Shown piece by piece: positions 1 to 11,829 of a DNA stretch of 64,000 nucleotides. Position numbers and translations under genes: made by a program. The notes below the pieces were generated by a model that made no database searches, was not told the DNA's origin, and was given only the letters and a program-made list of their open reading frames with translations. Position 1 is the stretch's first letter, and each line of letters starts with the position of its first letter. This DNA is from an uncultured Gemmatimonadaceae bacterium (lineage in GTDB: Bacteria; Gemmatimonadota; Gemmatimonadetes; Gemmatimonadales; Gemmatimonadaceae): NCBI GenBank assembly GCA_963829055.1, contig CAWHHI010000005.1:160001-224000 (forward strand), written 5' to 3'.

Positions 1-2906
1 CTCCGGTGTCCGCTGCGGCCATCGAGGTCGAGGGTGCGCGCCTCGCGACGACGACCAGCGATGACGGTCGTTTCCGCCTAACGGCTGTCCCGGCCGGCTC
101 CCGCGTGATCATTGTTCGCCGCCTCGGCTACGCGGCCATGCGGAAGACCGTCACGGTCACGGACGACCAGCAGACCACGGTCGACTTCGCGCTGCAGTCG
201 GCGGCCGTCGCGCTCGACCAGGTCGTCGTCACCGGCACGGCAGGCGGCGAGCCGCGCCGCTCCATCGGCAACGCCGTCTCGACGATCAACGCGACCGAGG
301 CGTTGTCGAAGTCCGCCGCACCGAACGTGAGCAGCCTTCTGGCGCCCGCGCACCTGGCGTGATCATCGCTCCAACGACGTCACGTCTCGGCGCCGGTCCG
401 ACCATTCAGATCCGCGGCCGCAGCAGCCTCTCGCTCGACAACAGTCCACTGCTCTACGTGGACGGCGTTCGCGTGAGCAACGCGACGGCAGTCGGCGCGA
501 CGTCCGTCTCCGGCGGCGGCTCGAGCTTCGGCGGGCAGAACTCGAACGTCGCGGGACGCCTCAACGACATCAACCCCGAGGACATCGAGAGCATCGAGGT
601 GATCAAGGGCCCGGCCGCGGCGACGATCTATGGAACCGAAGCGGCCAACGGCGTCATCCAGATCATCACGAAGAAGGGAGCGCCCGGCCGGACCGACTTC
701 AACGTCTCGGTCGAGACCGGATCGCTGTATTTCCGCGACGCGGAAGGTCGCATGCCGACGAACTACGTGAAGGACCACGTCGGGCACCATCGTGCGCGTG
801 GAACGGCGTTCAGTCAGGAAGAGGACCGTGGCACGCCGCTCTTCAAGACCGGCCAGACGCGCCAGTACACCGCGTCGCTCTCCGGCGGGCGCGACTCTGA
901 CGCGCTACTACGTCTCGAGCCAGTACGAGAACGACTACGGCATCGAGCCGAACAACTCGCTCCGCCAGTTCGCCCTGCACGCGAACCTCAACGTCGCGCC
1001 GACCTCGAAGCTCGATTTCGGCGACGAGCCTCAACTACGTCGACCTGTCCGCGCACCTCGGCGCCGACTACGGTGTGTCGTCGATGCTCGGGCGCGACCG
1101 TCGGACACGGACTGCTCTTCCGGCCGCACGCGGGTTCTATCCGAATTTCCCGCCGGAGGTTCCGCAGACAGCTGTACGACAACGCGCAGGGCGTGAGCCG
1201 CTTCACCGGCAGCGGGACGATCAACCATCGCCCGATCGACTGGTTCACGCAGCACGTCATCGTCGGCGTCGACTATACCGGCGATGACAGCAGCGCCATC
1301 GAGCAGTTCGCCCGCCGGACCTCGCCGTGTTGCTCGGCGCCAAGCTCGGCCGGCGGCCGCATCGGCCAGACGCTGCGCCACAACACCATCATCACGGCCG
1401 ACTACGCCGGCACGGCGCGCGCGCCACCTAACGTCGTCCCTCTCCTCCGCGACCTCGGTCGGCGGACAGTTCTACCGCACGGAGCTCAACACCAGCTTCC
1501 TCGGCGGGTACGGGCTTCCCCGGCCCCGGCGTCGAGACGGTGTCGGCGCACGGCGAACAAGGCAGGATGCGACGCAGACGCAGACGATCAACACGACGAT
1601 CGGCGCGTACGGCCAGGAGCAGTTCGGGCTGCACGATCGGCTGTTCCTCACGGCGGGCCTCCGCGTCGACAACAACAGCGCGTTCGGCGAAGACTTCAAG
1701 TGGGTGACGTATCCGAAGGTCAGCCTCGCTGGGTCGTGAACGAGGAGCCGTTCTGGCGGGTCGACAAGCGTGATCAACACGCTGCAAGCTGCGCGCAGCG
1801 TACGGCGAGTCGGGCCGTCAGCCGAACGCGTTCGCGGCGCTGCGCACGTTCCTTCCCGTCGCAGGGCCCTGGCGGGTCGAACGCCGTCACGCCGAACTCC
1901 ATCGGCAACCCGGACCTCAAGCCGGAGCGCGGCAAGGAGATCGAGCTCGGCTTCGAGACGGAACTCTTCAACCGGCTCAGCCTCGACTTCACGTACTTCA
2001 GCAAGCAGACCGACGACGAGATCCTCAATCAGCCGATCGCGCCGTCGAGCGGGTTCACCGGCAACCAGTTCGTGAACCTCGGCCGCGTGGACAACCACGG
2101 CATCGAGCTGCAGGCGACGCTTCAGGCGCTCACGGCGAACAACGTCTCGCTGGGACATCGGCGGCAACGTCGCGACGAACCAGGACGAGATCAAGGATCT
2201 CGGCGGCCTTCGGCGAGCGTGGTCGCGAGCGCGGGGCAGACAACGTCGTCGGCTACCCGATCGGCGGCATCTTCACGCAGCCGCGTCGTCTCGGCGGATC
2301 GCGATCCGACCACCGGCCTGGCGACCAACGTGCTGTGCGACGGGCGCGGCTGGCAAGCCAGGCGTGGCGTGCGCGACGGCGCCGTTCGTGTTCATCGGAA
2401 CGCCGACGCCGAAGATGACGGGAGCGGTCACCAACACGGTCTCGATCATGAGCAATCTGCGGCTGTACGCGACTGGTCGACTTCAAGCGCGGCAACGGCA
2501 GTACGAACGCGAACGAGCAGATTCGCTGCCAGGGGCTCATCGGCGCACCGCTCTGCCGCGCGAACTACTACCCGCTCGAGTACTCGCCGATCTACCTCGC
2601 CGAGACGGTCGGGGACGGCGGCAGCGCATCGGCATCGTCGACCAGTTCTTCCAGGACGGCGTCGTTCGCGAAGCTCCGCGAGAGTCTCGGCGACGTACAC
2701 GTTCCCGAACAAGTGGCTGCTGGGGCGGCGGCTCGCGCGCCTCGCTCACGCTCGCCGGCCGCGAGCTGCACACGTGGACCGAAGTACACGGGCACCGATC
2801 CCGAAGTGAACGCGAACAACATCGCGACCACCGCCGTCGCTCCAGGACCAGGGGCTCGATCCCGCCGCTCAGTCGCCTCATCGCGACCTTCAACCTCAGG
2901 TTCTGA
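1..2906 (+). CDS. SusC/RagA-family TonB-dependent outer membrane protein (5' truncated, multiply frameshifted)
   Basis: N-terminal carboxypeptidase-regulatory-like domain (GRFRLTAVPAG..RLGY); plug motifs IQIRGRSSL, PLLYVDGV, DINPEDIESIEVIKGPAAATIYGTEAANGVIQIITKKG; GNPDLKPERGKEIELG; C-terminal FNLRF. Pieces lie in ORFs 6-362, 359-2809, 1284-1739 and 2364-2906. Confidence 0.88.
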
Positions 2907-2909
2907 CCC

Positions 2910-4214
2910 ATGCGAACCCTCAAACTCGCACTGGCCACGTCGCTCGTCGCGGCCTCGGTCACGCTCGCTGGCGTGCACGGACTCACGAGCGCTCAAGCAG
3001 GAGAATCCGGGGCAGCTCGACGCGTCGCACGCTCGTACGTCCCGGCGAACGCGCAGCTGCTCGTCAACGGCGTCATCGCTGATTTCGAGTGCGCGTACTG
3101 CTCGCTACGTCGTCGGCAGCGGCCATGTTCACCGACGAGCTGACGAACGCGTATCTCGCAGTCGAACAACTTCGACTACGACCGCGCGCACGCTTGCTCA
3201 CGAACGCGCACGTACGGCAACGGCTACGTGCGCGCAACAAGCTCAGCAGCCGCCGCATCTACACGACGCTGTCGATCGCGCGCGTCCGCGGGCGACACGG
3301 TCGCCGCGCATCTGGAAGGCGTGGACCGATGCCGAGGTGCCCAACCGATCGAAGCTGATCGGCCAGGCGTCCGCGTACGCCGGCTACAGCCTCGTGCTGC
3401 TCGGCGAGGGCATGTGCTCCGCGGCGATCAACGTCGGTCCGGAGCTCACAGCCGGCGCAGCTCTTCGCCGAAGCGAAGACGCGATTCGACAAGGCGATCG
3501 CCGCGGCGACGACGGCGAACGATGCGGCAACGCTCAACCTCGCGACGCTCGGTCGCGCGCGGGCGCGAGCTCGACCTCGGCGACAAGGCCGCGGCCGCGG
3601 CGTCGACGCCGCGAAGATTCCGGCCAGACGTTCGTCGTCAACACCTCGACCGACGCCGTCAACGTCGCGCCGTCAGAACTTCGCGTTCCTCAGCGTCTCG
3701 AACCAGAGCTCCTGGGCCACGGTCGACACGTCGTTCCGCGGCGTGACGATCAACGGCGCGCCCGGACCCGCGCGTCGCCGTGACGAACGCGCAATCGCAA
3801 CGGAACGGTGGGCGTACCCATCTGGACGCCCGACAAGTACCCGTCGCTCGCGGCGACGATGCCGGTCGCACGCTACGCCGAGGCGCAGCTCATCGTCGCC
3901 GAGTCGAAGCTGGCGGCGAACGACATCCCGGGCGCGGTGACGGCGATCAACGCCGTGCGTGCGACGCGCGCCGGCGTGCCGGCGTACGACGCGACGGGAC
4001 AGACGGCGGCGCAGGTGCTGACGCAGATCATCGAGGAGCGTCGCCGCGAGCTCTTCCTCGAGGGGCATCGGCTCGGCGACCTGCGTCGCTACAACCTGCC
4101 GTTCTCCCGGCAGCGGGCACGCCGTTCCTGTCCGGCGGCACGTACGGCACGCAGACCTGCTTCCCGCTGCCGGACGTGGAGCGCATCAACAACCCGAACA
4201 TCGGAAACCCGTAG
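2910..4214 (+). CDS. RagB/SusD-family lipoprotein (frameshifted)
   Basis: Directly follows SusC; lipoprotein-like signal; C-terminal ARYAEAQLIVAE..AINAVRA..IIEERRRELFLEGHRLGDLRR and FPLPDVERINNPN. Confidence 0.85.
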
Positions 4215-4216
4215 CA

Positions 4217-4371
4217 GTCATTCCGAGCGCGGTGTCATTCCGAGCGGAGCGGCGATCCGGCGCGTAGTCGAGGAATCGAGGCTCTGCTGGATAGAGGTCC
4301 CTCTACAAGACACGAATCGCGATTCCTCGACTCGCTTCGCTCGCTCGGAATGACAACTCGCTCGGAATGAC
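4217..4371. repeat. REP-like palindromic element type I (GTCATTCCGAGCG...CGCTCGGAATGAC, doubled ends)
   Basis: Terminal inverted repeats, inner GAGGAATC/GATTCCTC stem and TAGAG/CTCTA hairpin; related copies at 42956, 48616 and 54924. Confidence 0.85.
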
Positions 4372-4404
4372 AACACTCCACGGACACCCTAGTCCAATAC
4401 GACT

Positions 4405-5537
4405 GTGCCTCGCCTAATCGTTGCTCCACTCGCCCTCGCGTTCGCGGTTTCGTCTGCCGCCGCGCAGGTCTCGCTGCCGCCGTTTCTGGAAGTGCGCGTG
4501 CCGAAGCCGCCAACCGTCGCGACGGCGGAGAGGCGGATCGTTCCTCGCGTACGAAGTGCACGTCACGAACTTCATGCCGCAGGCGGTGACGCTCAAGAAA
4601 GTCGACGTCATGTCGGCAGCTGGCGATCACCGCGTGCTGTTGTCGCTCAGCGACTCATTGCTCGTTCGAGCGGTGACCCGGCCCGGCGCCGCGCCGATGG
4701 GCGGGACCGAGCGTCTCAAGCTCGCGGGTGGCACACGCGCCGTCGTGTTCATGTGGGTTCCCGTGGAGACGAGCGGCGCGCCGAAGACGCATCCAGCATC
4801 GCCTAACGATCGAGACCGGCACGGGCGATAGCGCGAAGACCCAACAGCTCGACGCCTCGGTCGTGCCGGTGACGGCCGAGGCAGTGGTCATTGGGCCGCC
4901 GCTCGCGGCGGCGTGTGGCTCACCGGCAATGGGCCGGCAGCCGAGTCCGGCCACCGCCGCGCGCTCATTCCGGTGGGCGGCGTGCCGGCGATCGCGCAGC
5001 GCTTCGCGATCGACTACGTCATGGTCGGTGACGATAACAAGACGTTCACCGGTGACCAGCTCAAGAACGAGAGCTATCACGCGGAGGGCGTCGACGCACT
5101 CGCCGTCGCGAACGGCGTGGTCGTCGAAGTGAAGGACAGCATTCCGGAGAACATCCCGGGCGTCAACTCGCGCGCGGTCCCGATCACGCTCGAGACGGTG
5201 GGCGGGAATCACGTCGTCATCGACATCGGCGGCGGACACTACGCGTTCTACGCGCACGTCAAACCCGGCAGCCTCCGCGTGAAGCTCGGCGATAAGGTCA
5301 AGCGCGGGCAGGTCATCGCCCTGGTGGGCAATACCGGGAACTCGACAGAGCCGCACCTGCACTTCCACATCTCCGACGGCGATCTCGCCGTTAGGCAGCG
5401 AAGGCGTGCCGTACCGGTTCGAGTCGTTCGAGATCGTCGGACACTGCACGACGTTCAACATGGGGTGTCAGCGTTCGGCGCCGGTGACTCGTAAGGGTGA
5501 AGTACCACTCTCGAACGTGTTGTTGCGCTTTCCGTAG
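4405..5537 (+). CDS. Secreted M23 family metallopeptidase (frameshifted)
   Basis: Signal peptide ending SAAAQ; FAIDY, GNHVVID..YAFYAH, VKRGQVIALVGNTGNSTEPHLHFH motif. Confidence 0.82.
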
Positions 5538-5546
5538 CTCCGGTCT

Positions 5547-5645
5547 GTCATCCCGAGCGATAGCGACGAGGATCTTCTGTGAATGTCATTGTGGCCAGTC
5601 GGCTACGATGCTTCACAGGAGGTCCCTCGCTTCGCTCGGGATGAC
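5547..5645. repeat. REP-like palindromic element type II (GTCATCCCGAGCG...CGCTCGGGATGAC)
   Basis: 13-bp terminal inverted repeat; related arms at 22061-22393, 23931, 26109 and 51852. Confidence 0.8.
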
Positions 5646-5671
5646 AACATCACATCCTCGTGTGGCTATCA

Positions 5672-7333
5672 ATGACTCTTCGCTTCGTTCGATCCTCGCT
5701 CGCCGTCGTCGCCACTGCGTACTCTGCTCGACGATCGCCGTCGCACAAGCGCCCGCCGCGACCTACGACGTCGTCATCCGCAACGGCCGCGTGCTCGACG
5801 GCGCCGGGCAATCCGTGGATTCTCGCCGACGTCGGCGATCAAGGACGGACGCTTCGCGAAGATCGGCCGCATTGCGCGAGCGCGGCACGAACGCGAGATC
5901 GACGCGACCGGCAAGTACGTCTCGCCCGGCTGGATCGACATGATGGACCAGTCGGGCGGCGTGCTGCCGCGGAACGGACTGGCCGAGAACAAGCTGCAGG
6001 CAGGGCGTGACGACGGCGATCGGCGGCGAGGGCGGAACGCCGGTGCCCGCGCAGTCGCGGTCGCCGAGTATTTCGACGACGCTCGAGAAGCAGGGCATCA
6101 GCATCAACTTCGGCAGCTACTTCAGCGAGACGCAGGCGCGCAGCGCCGTGCTCGGCATGTCGGCCCGCGCAGCCGAACGCCGGCGGAGCTCGACCGGATG
6201 CGCGCGATCATGGACACGGCGATGCGCGGCGGCGCGATGGGCATGACGACCGCGCTCATCTATCCGCCGAGCGAGCTACGCGACGACCGACGAGCTGATC
6301 GAGGTGGCGAAGGTCGCCGCGAAGTACGGCGGCGTCTACGCGAGCCACATTCGCGGCGAAGGCCAGGAGGTCGTGCAGTCGGTGAGCGGAGCCGATCACG
6401 ATCGGCGAGAAGGGCGGGCATGCCGGTCGAGGTGTTCCATCTCAAGGTTGCGCACAAGCCGGGGTGGGGCATGCTGCATGGATTCCGTGCGCGCATGATC
6501 GATCGACGCGGCGCGCGCGCGCGGCGTGGACGTCGCGGCCGATCTCTACGTCTACACGGCGGGCGGCACTGGACTCGAGGCGACGATTCCGAGCTGGGCG
6601 TTCGAGGGCGGCAACGATTCGCTCAAGGCGCGGCTCGCGAATCCCGACGATCCGCGCGCGTCTCAAGCGCGAGCAGAAGACCGGCTCGCCGGGCTGGTGG
6701 AACATCATCGAGGCGGCGGGCGGCTGGGACGGCGTCGTGCTCGTCAACGCGCGCAACCCGGACAACGCGAAGTACGAGCAGAAGACGCATCGCGCAGATC
6801 GCGCGGAGCATGAACAAGGATCCCGCCGACGCCGCGATGGGATCTCGTGTCGCAGGGCAGCGGCCGCGTGATGGCGATCTACCACATGATGGGCGAGCAG
6901 GACATCGAGACGGCGCTCAAGTTTCCGTGGACGAGCATCGGCAGCGACGCCGGCGCCGTCGCGCACGTCGGCCAGCCGGACGAGACCGGGCCTGCCGCAC
7001 CCGCGCTCGCTTCGGCAACGCCCGCGCGTGATCGCCAAGTACGTGAAGGAGCGCCACGTGCTGACGCTGCGAGGAGGCGGTGCGCAAGATGACCGTCGTG
7101 GCCGGCGACGCGGATGCGTCTCGCGAATCGCGGCATCGATCAAGGAAGGCAACTGGGCCGACGTCACGATCTTCGACCTCGACACGCTGCAGGATCGCGC
7201 GACGTACGAGAAGCCGATGGAGTTCCCGACGGGCATCGAGTAGGTGCTCGTGAATGGCGTGGTGACGATCGATCACGGCAAGCACACCGGCGCGAAGGCG
7301 GGCAAGGTGCTCTACGGACCCGGCAAGCAATAA
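5672..7333 (+). CDS. N-acyl-D-amino-acid deacylase (amidohydrolase), frameshifted
   Basis: YDVVIRNGRVLDG, YVSPGWIDM, YASHIRGEG, IGSDAG, WADVTIFD, C-terminal VLVNG..TG..GKVL; in-frame TAG at 7241-7243. Confidence 0.82.
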
Positions 7334-7370
7334 GTAGAAGTCAGGCGGTTCTGAACTGCGTCCGGCAACC

Positions 7371-7592
7371 ATCTCAGACGAAAGGCGAACGGATTTTACC
7401 GGATCTGACGGATTGATTCCGGGAGCGCGATAGACGCTGTTGCAACAGCATGCAAAGGGTGAACGGCCTCGGGATGCAGGAGTGTCCCGAGGCCGTTCAC
7501 CCTTTTTCACAGCTCATGCGCAAGCATTTGTCTCGTATTCGGAGTCAATCCGCAAGATCCCCGGCATCCGTTCGCGTCCTACGTCTGAGATG
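7371..7592. repeat. Composite inverted-repeat element (AACGGAT/ATCCGTT arms) enclosing a 21-bp-stem hairpin
   Basis: ATCTCAGACG..GCGAACGGAT..CGGATTGA arm at about 7371-7432 and its imperfect reverse complement at about 7528-7592; related arms at 23877, 24150 and 28075. Confidence 0.7.
7455..7507. terminator. Strong hairpin, probable intrinsic terminator
   Basis: AAAGGGTGAACGGCCTCGGGA / TCCCGAGGCCGTTCACCCTTT stem followed by further T residues. Confidence 0.65.
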
Positions 7593-7728
7593 CGTGCCTC
7601 CGCAAAACTACGGAGGCGAGCCTCCGGTTCAATGCGAGTGCCCCGCTCTCTCGACGCGCGCTATCGTAAGCGAGCAGCGTCGTTGCTGTTCGCGACGCGA
7701 AGTCACAGCGTGCGGAGAAGGCGAACCG

Positions 7729-9054
7729 GTGCAGCTCGTCGCCGTCGGAATCAACCACACAAGCTCGTCCGTCAGTCTCCGTGAACGGTTCGCGGTAACG
7801 ACAGACGCGATTCCCGAGCTGTCCGGGCAGCTGCGCGACCGCGTGGCCGAGGCATTCGTCCTCTCGACCTGCAACCGCGTCGAGCTGTACGCGGTATGCG
7901 GCCACGAGTCATCCGGGGCCGACGTGCTTCGCGACGTTCTCGCGTCGTACGGGAATCTTCCGGTCGCCACCGTTCGGCAGGCGAGCTACGCGTACGGACA
8001 CGAGTCCGCGGTACGCCACCTGTTCCGCGTCTCGGCCGGGCTCGACTCGATGGTCCTCGGCGAGAACGAGATTCTGGGCCAGGTGCGCAGGGCACTCGGC
8101 GCCGCGCGCGAGGCCGGCATGACCGGCCCCATCCTCGACCGACTCGGCGACGCCGCGCTTGCGTGCGGCAAACGCGTGCGCACCCTGACGACGCTCGGGC
8201 GGAATGCAGAGTCGATGACCGCTGTTGGCCTTCGGATGTTGGCTCGCGTGCGTGGCGGGCTCGATGGTGCGCACGTCGTCGTGCTTGGGGCAGGTGAGAC
8301 GGCGAGGCAGGTCGTCGAGCAACTGGCGTGCGTCGACGACGCGCGTGTGACGGTGGTGAATCGCACGCCGGCCCGTGCCCTCGCGCTGGCCACATCACCT
8401 AACGTGACGGCGATCCCCTGGGACGACCTTCCTGCGTCGCTCGCGACCGCCGATGTCGTGATCGGATGCACGGCATCGCCTGCGCCGCTGCTCTATGCGT
8501 CCACGCTTTCGCACGCCCGCGAGACGAGCGACCGCGGGTTGGTGTGTCTGGACTTCGGCGTCCCTCGCGACATTGATCCGTCCGTCGCGTCGCTGCCCGG
8601 CGTCACGCTGATCGACGTGGACCGTCTTCGCGAGGAGGTCACGGTCCGCGACGCGGAGCGCACCCGCGAGGTCGCTCGTGCCGAAGCGATCGTGGGTGAC
8701 GAAGTCGAGCGCTACATGGACTGGTGGCGCGCGCGCGGTGTGACGTCGACGGTCGCGCGTCTGCACGCGCGGGCCGATGTGATTCGACGCGCCGAGCTCG
8801 AGCGGGCGTTGGCGCGTCTTCCAGGCCTAACGCCGTCCGAGCGTTCCGTGGTCGGCGAGCTGGCGTCGCGCGTGGTCGCGAAGCTCCTGCACGAGCCGAC
8901 GCTCGCGCTCAAGCGAGATCCCGAAGGCGCGAACATGGCCGTCGTCGTCGAGCGCCTGTTCGCCCTCGCCGACGCCGAACGCACGGCTGCGGCGACGCGC
9001 CGAGGAGATGTGCAGGCAGGACATGACTACCACAGGGAGACGATGGCATCGTGA
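7729..9054 (+). CDS. hemA: Glutamyl-tRNA reductase
   Basis: GINH, LSTCNRVELY, HLFRVSAGLDSMVLGENEILGQV, GAGET, DFGVPRDID; GTG start after GGAGAAGG. Confidence 0.95.
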   Translation: MQLVAVGINHTSSSVSLRERFAVTTDAIPELSGQLRDRVAEAFVLSTCNRVELYAVCGHESSGADVLRDVLASYGNLPVATVRQASYAYGHESAVRHLFRVSAGLDSMVLGENEILGQVRRALGAAREAGMTGPILDRLGDAALACGKRVRTLTTLGRNAESMTAVGLRMLARVRGGLDGAHVVVLGAGETARQVVEQLACVDDARVTVVNRTPARALALATSPNVTAIPWDDLPASLATADVVIGCTASPAPLLYASTLSHARETSDRGLVCLDFGVPRDIDPSVASLPGVTLIDVDRLREEVTVRDAERTREVARAEAIVGDEVERYMDWWRARGVTSTVARLHARADVIRRAELERALARLPGLTPSERSVVGELASRVVAKLLHEPTLALKRDPEGANMAVVVERLFALADAERTAAATRRGDVQAGHDYHRETMAS

Positions 9055-9779
9055 CCAGCTCGCTGATCGCGACGGGTACGGAGACGCGCACTGAGGAGGC
9101 GGCGCCGGTCGCCTCGCAATTCGTGCAGTACCTGTTTCTCAAGGTCGATCCACAGTGGCGACGGCTCGGCGCGCCGGAACGCACGCGCGGTCGCGCCGAG
9201 TTCGCAGAGGTGGTCACCGGCGCAGAGCGCTCGGTCACGACGTACGCGTACAGCACGCTCGGTCTCAAGACCGGCGCGGAGCTCATGCTGTGGTGGAAGA
9301 GTGACGACCCCGCGGTGGTGCAGGACACGCTCGCCGCGCTTCTCTCGACGGGGCTCGGCCGCTACTGCGAGGTCGCGCACTCGTTATGGGGGCTGACGCG
9401 ACCGTCGATCTACACGAAGCGGCGCACCACGCAGGAGCAAGCGATCGACGAGACCACTCGCCTCCGGTACCTGGTCGTGTACCCGTTCACGAAGACGATC
9501 GAGTGGTACCTGATGAGCCGCGAGGCGCGACAGGGAATGATGAACGAGCACATGCGCATCGGTCATGACTTCGGCGACGTGCGTCAGGTGCTGCTCTACA
9601 CGACGGGACTCGACGATCAGGAGTTCATCGTCGCGTACGAGACGGAGACGCTCGAGCGACATCAGGATCTCGTGATCGCGCTCCGCTCCACCGAGGCGCG
9701 CCGCTACACGCTCCGCGACACACCGATCTTCACGGCGGTGCACCGGCCGTTGCCGGAAGCGCTCGCGCTCGTCGGCTGA
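9051..9779 (+). CDS. chdC: Coproheme decarboxylase (chlorite dismutase fold)
   Basis: YPFTK (catalytic Tyr and Lys), WY, proximal His in MMNEHMRIG, Gln rather than Arg at the likely distal position, GLDDQEF; lies inside a hem operon. Confidence 0.82.
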   Translation: MTSSLIATGTETRTEEAAPVASQFVQYLFLKVDPQWRRLGAPERTRGRAEFAEVVTGAERSVTTYAYSTLGLKTGAELMLWWKSDDPAVVQDTLAALLSTGLGRYCEVAHSLWGLTRPSIYTKRRTTQEQAIDETTRLRYLVVYPFTKTIEWYLMSREARQGMMNEHMRIGHDFGDVRQVLLYTTGLDDQEFIVAYETETLERHQDLVIALRSTEARRYTLRDTPIFTAVHRPLPEALALVG

Positions 9780-9793
9780 CGCGGCAGATCGAC

Positions 9794-10874
9794 ATGACAC
9801 CCTCTCCGCTGCTCGTCCGCGCCGCCAGGCGCGAGCCCGTCGATCGCACACCCGTCTGGTTCATGCGTCAGGCAGGCCGCATCCTGCCCGAGTATCGCGC
9901 GCTCCGTGAACGCCTGACGCTGATCGAGATATCGCAGCGCCCGGAGGTGGCGGTCGAGGTGACGCTGCAGCCGCTGCGCCGCATGCCGCTCGACGGAGCC
10001 ATTCTCTTCGCCGACATCATGACGCCGCTCCTCGGCGCCGGCGTCCCACTCGATATCGTGGACGGCGTCGGGCCGGTGATCGAGTCGCCCGTGCGGGATG
10101 AGGCGGCGGTGCGCGCACTGCCGGCGCTCGAGCCGGAGCGCGACGTGCCCCACGTGCTGGAAACGGTGCGCCTGCTCCGCCGTGCGCTCGACCCCGACGT
10201 GGCGTTGATCGGGTTCGCCGGTGCGCCGTTCACGCTCGCGTCGTACCTGATCGAAGGGACGGCCGTCGCGCGACTTCGTGCGCACGAAGTCGCTCATGTA
10301 CGGGGCGCCGGACACCTGGCGCATGCTGATGCACCGGCTCACCGAGCTCACCGTCGCGTATCTCCGCGCGCAGATCTCGGCCGGCGTCGACGCGGTGCAG
10401 CTGTTCGACAGCTGGATTGGCGCGCTGAGCCCTGAGGACTACGCGCGCTACGTCCAGCCGTTCATGCGACGGATCTTCACGTCGTTAGGTCCGGCGGGTG
10501 TGCCGATGATTCACTTCGGCGTCAACACCGCCACACTGCTCGAGGAGATCAGCAGTGACGGCGCGGGCGTGATCGGTCTCGACTGGCGTATCCCGCTGGA
10601 CGAAGGCTGGGCTCGCGTAGGACATAACCTCGCTGTGCAGGGTAACCTCGACCCCGTCGCGCTGTTCGCGCCGAACGACGTGCTCGAGGCGAAGGCGCTG
10701 GACGTCCTCGAACGCGCGGGGAGACGCCCGGGCCACATCTTCAATCTCGGTCACGGGGTGCTGCCCGGAACCCCACTCGACAACGCGATCCGGCTCGCCG
10801 AGTTCGTGCGCGACGAAAGCGCGCGCATTCGCGAGCACGAATCGGTCCTCGCATCCCGCGCGAATAACTCATGA
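9794..10874 (+). CDS. hemE: Uroporphyrinogen decarboxylase (one frameshift near 10260)
   Basis: [53 protein letters not shown]. Confidence 0.95.
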
Positions 10875-11821
10875 GCACACCAACTGGCGTCCTGCTACTC
10901 GCGTACGGGTCGCCCGAGACGCCCGATCAGGTCGAGCCATACTTCCGACACATTCGTGGCGGACGTACGCCGTCGCCGGAAGCGGTCGAGCATCTCCGTC
11001 ACCGCTACGAGTTGATCGGTGGTCGGACGCCGCTGCTCGCCATCACGACCGACACCGCGCGCGGCTTGCAGGCCGCGCTCGACCAGCGCGCGCCGGGCGA
11101 GTATCGCACGTACGTGGCGATGAAGCACTGGCACCCCTACATCGCCGACGTCATCCCGCGTCTCGCCGCCGACGGCATCCGTCGGGTCATCGCGATCGTC
11201 CTCGCGCCCCACTACTCGCGCATGAGCGTCGGCGGCTATCGGCAGTATGTCGAGCAAACCATCGCGAACCTCGACGCGCCCATGGAGCTGACGTTCGTCG
11301 AGACCTGGCACATGCAGCCGGAATTCCTCGAGCTCATGAGCGCACGAGTGCGAGAAGGTCTCACGCAGTTCCCTCGAGGAGAGAACGTGTGCGTGCTGTT
11401 CAGCGCCCACAGCCTCCCGGTACGCATCAGAACGTGGGACGATCCCTACGAGGCGCAGCTCAACGCGAGTTGCGTCGCTGTCGCACGGCACGCGCAATTA
11501 CGCGATTGGCGGTTCGCGTGGCAGAGCGCCGGCGGCACCGGCGAACCATGGCTCGGCCCCGACATCGTCGACTATCTCCACGTGCTTCACAGCGAGGGCG
11601 TCCGCAACGTCCTGTCCGTGCCGATCGGCTTCGTGTGCGAGCATCTCGAGGTGCTCTATGACATCGACCACGAAGCGGCACAGAAGGCTGCAGCGCTCGG
11701 CATGACGCTCCGCCGGACCCGCATGCCCAACGCGACGCCCGAGTTCATCGCCGTGCTCGACGCGCTCGTCGCCGAGGCCGAGCAGACGGCGGCACGCACC
11801 GAGCTCACCGCGGCGCCGTAG
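10871..11821 (+). CDS. hemH: Ferrochelatase (probably coproporphyrin ferrochelatase CpfC)
   Basis: LLLAYGSP, LAPHYS, LFSAHSLP, WQS..EPWLGPD, PIGFVCEHLEVLYDID. Confidence 0.93.
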   Translation: MSTPTGVLLLAYGSPETPDQVEPYFRHIRGGRTPSPEAVEHLRHRYELIGGRTPLLAITTDTARGLQAALDQRAPGEYRTYVAMKHWHPYIADVIPRLAADGIRRVIAIVLAPHYSRMSVGGYRQYVEQTIANLDAPMELTFVETWHMQPEFLELMSARVREGLTQFPRGENVCVLFSAHSLPVRIRTWDDPYEAQLNASCVAVARHAQLRDWRFAWQSAGGTGEPWLGPDIVDYLHVLHSEGVRNVLSVPIGFVCEHLEVLYDIDHEAAQKAAALGMTLRRTRMPNATPEFIAVLDALVAEAEQTAARTELTAAP

Positions 11822-11829
11822 GCTATCGC

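Noticed and set aside
1..7333. Heavily frameshifted SusC, SusD, M23 and deacylase genes as pseudogenes or programmed frameshifts
   Set aside because: Single-base indels also hit housekeeping genes (hemE, hemL, secDF), motifs remain intact and no slippery sites stand out; long-read error is the simpler explanation.
9051..9779. Chlorite dismutase (perchlorate respiration)
   Set aside because: Lacks the distal Arg, keeps the ChdC Tyr and Lys, has no signal peptide and sits in a heme operon.
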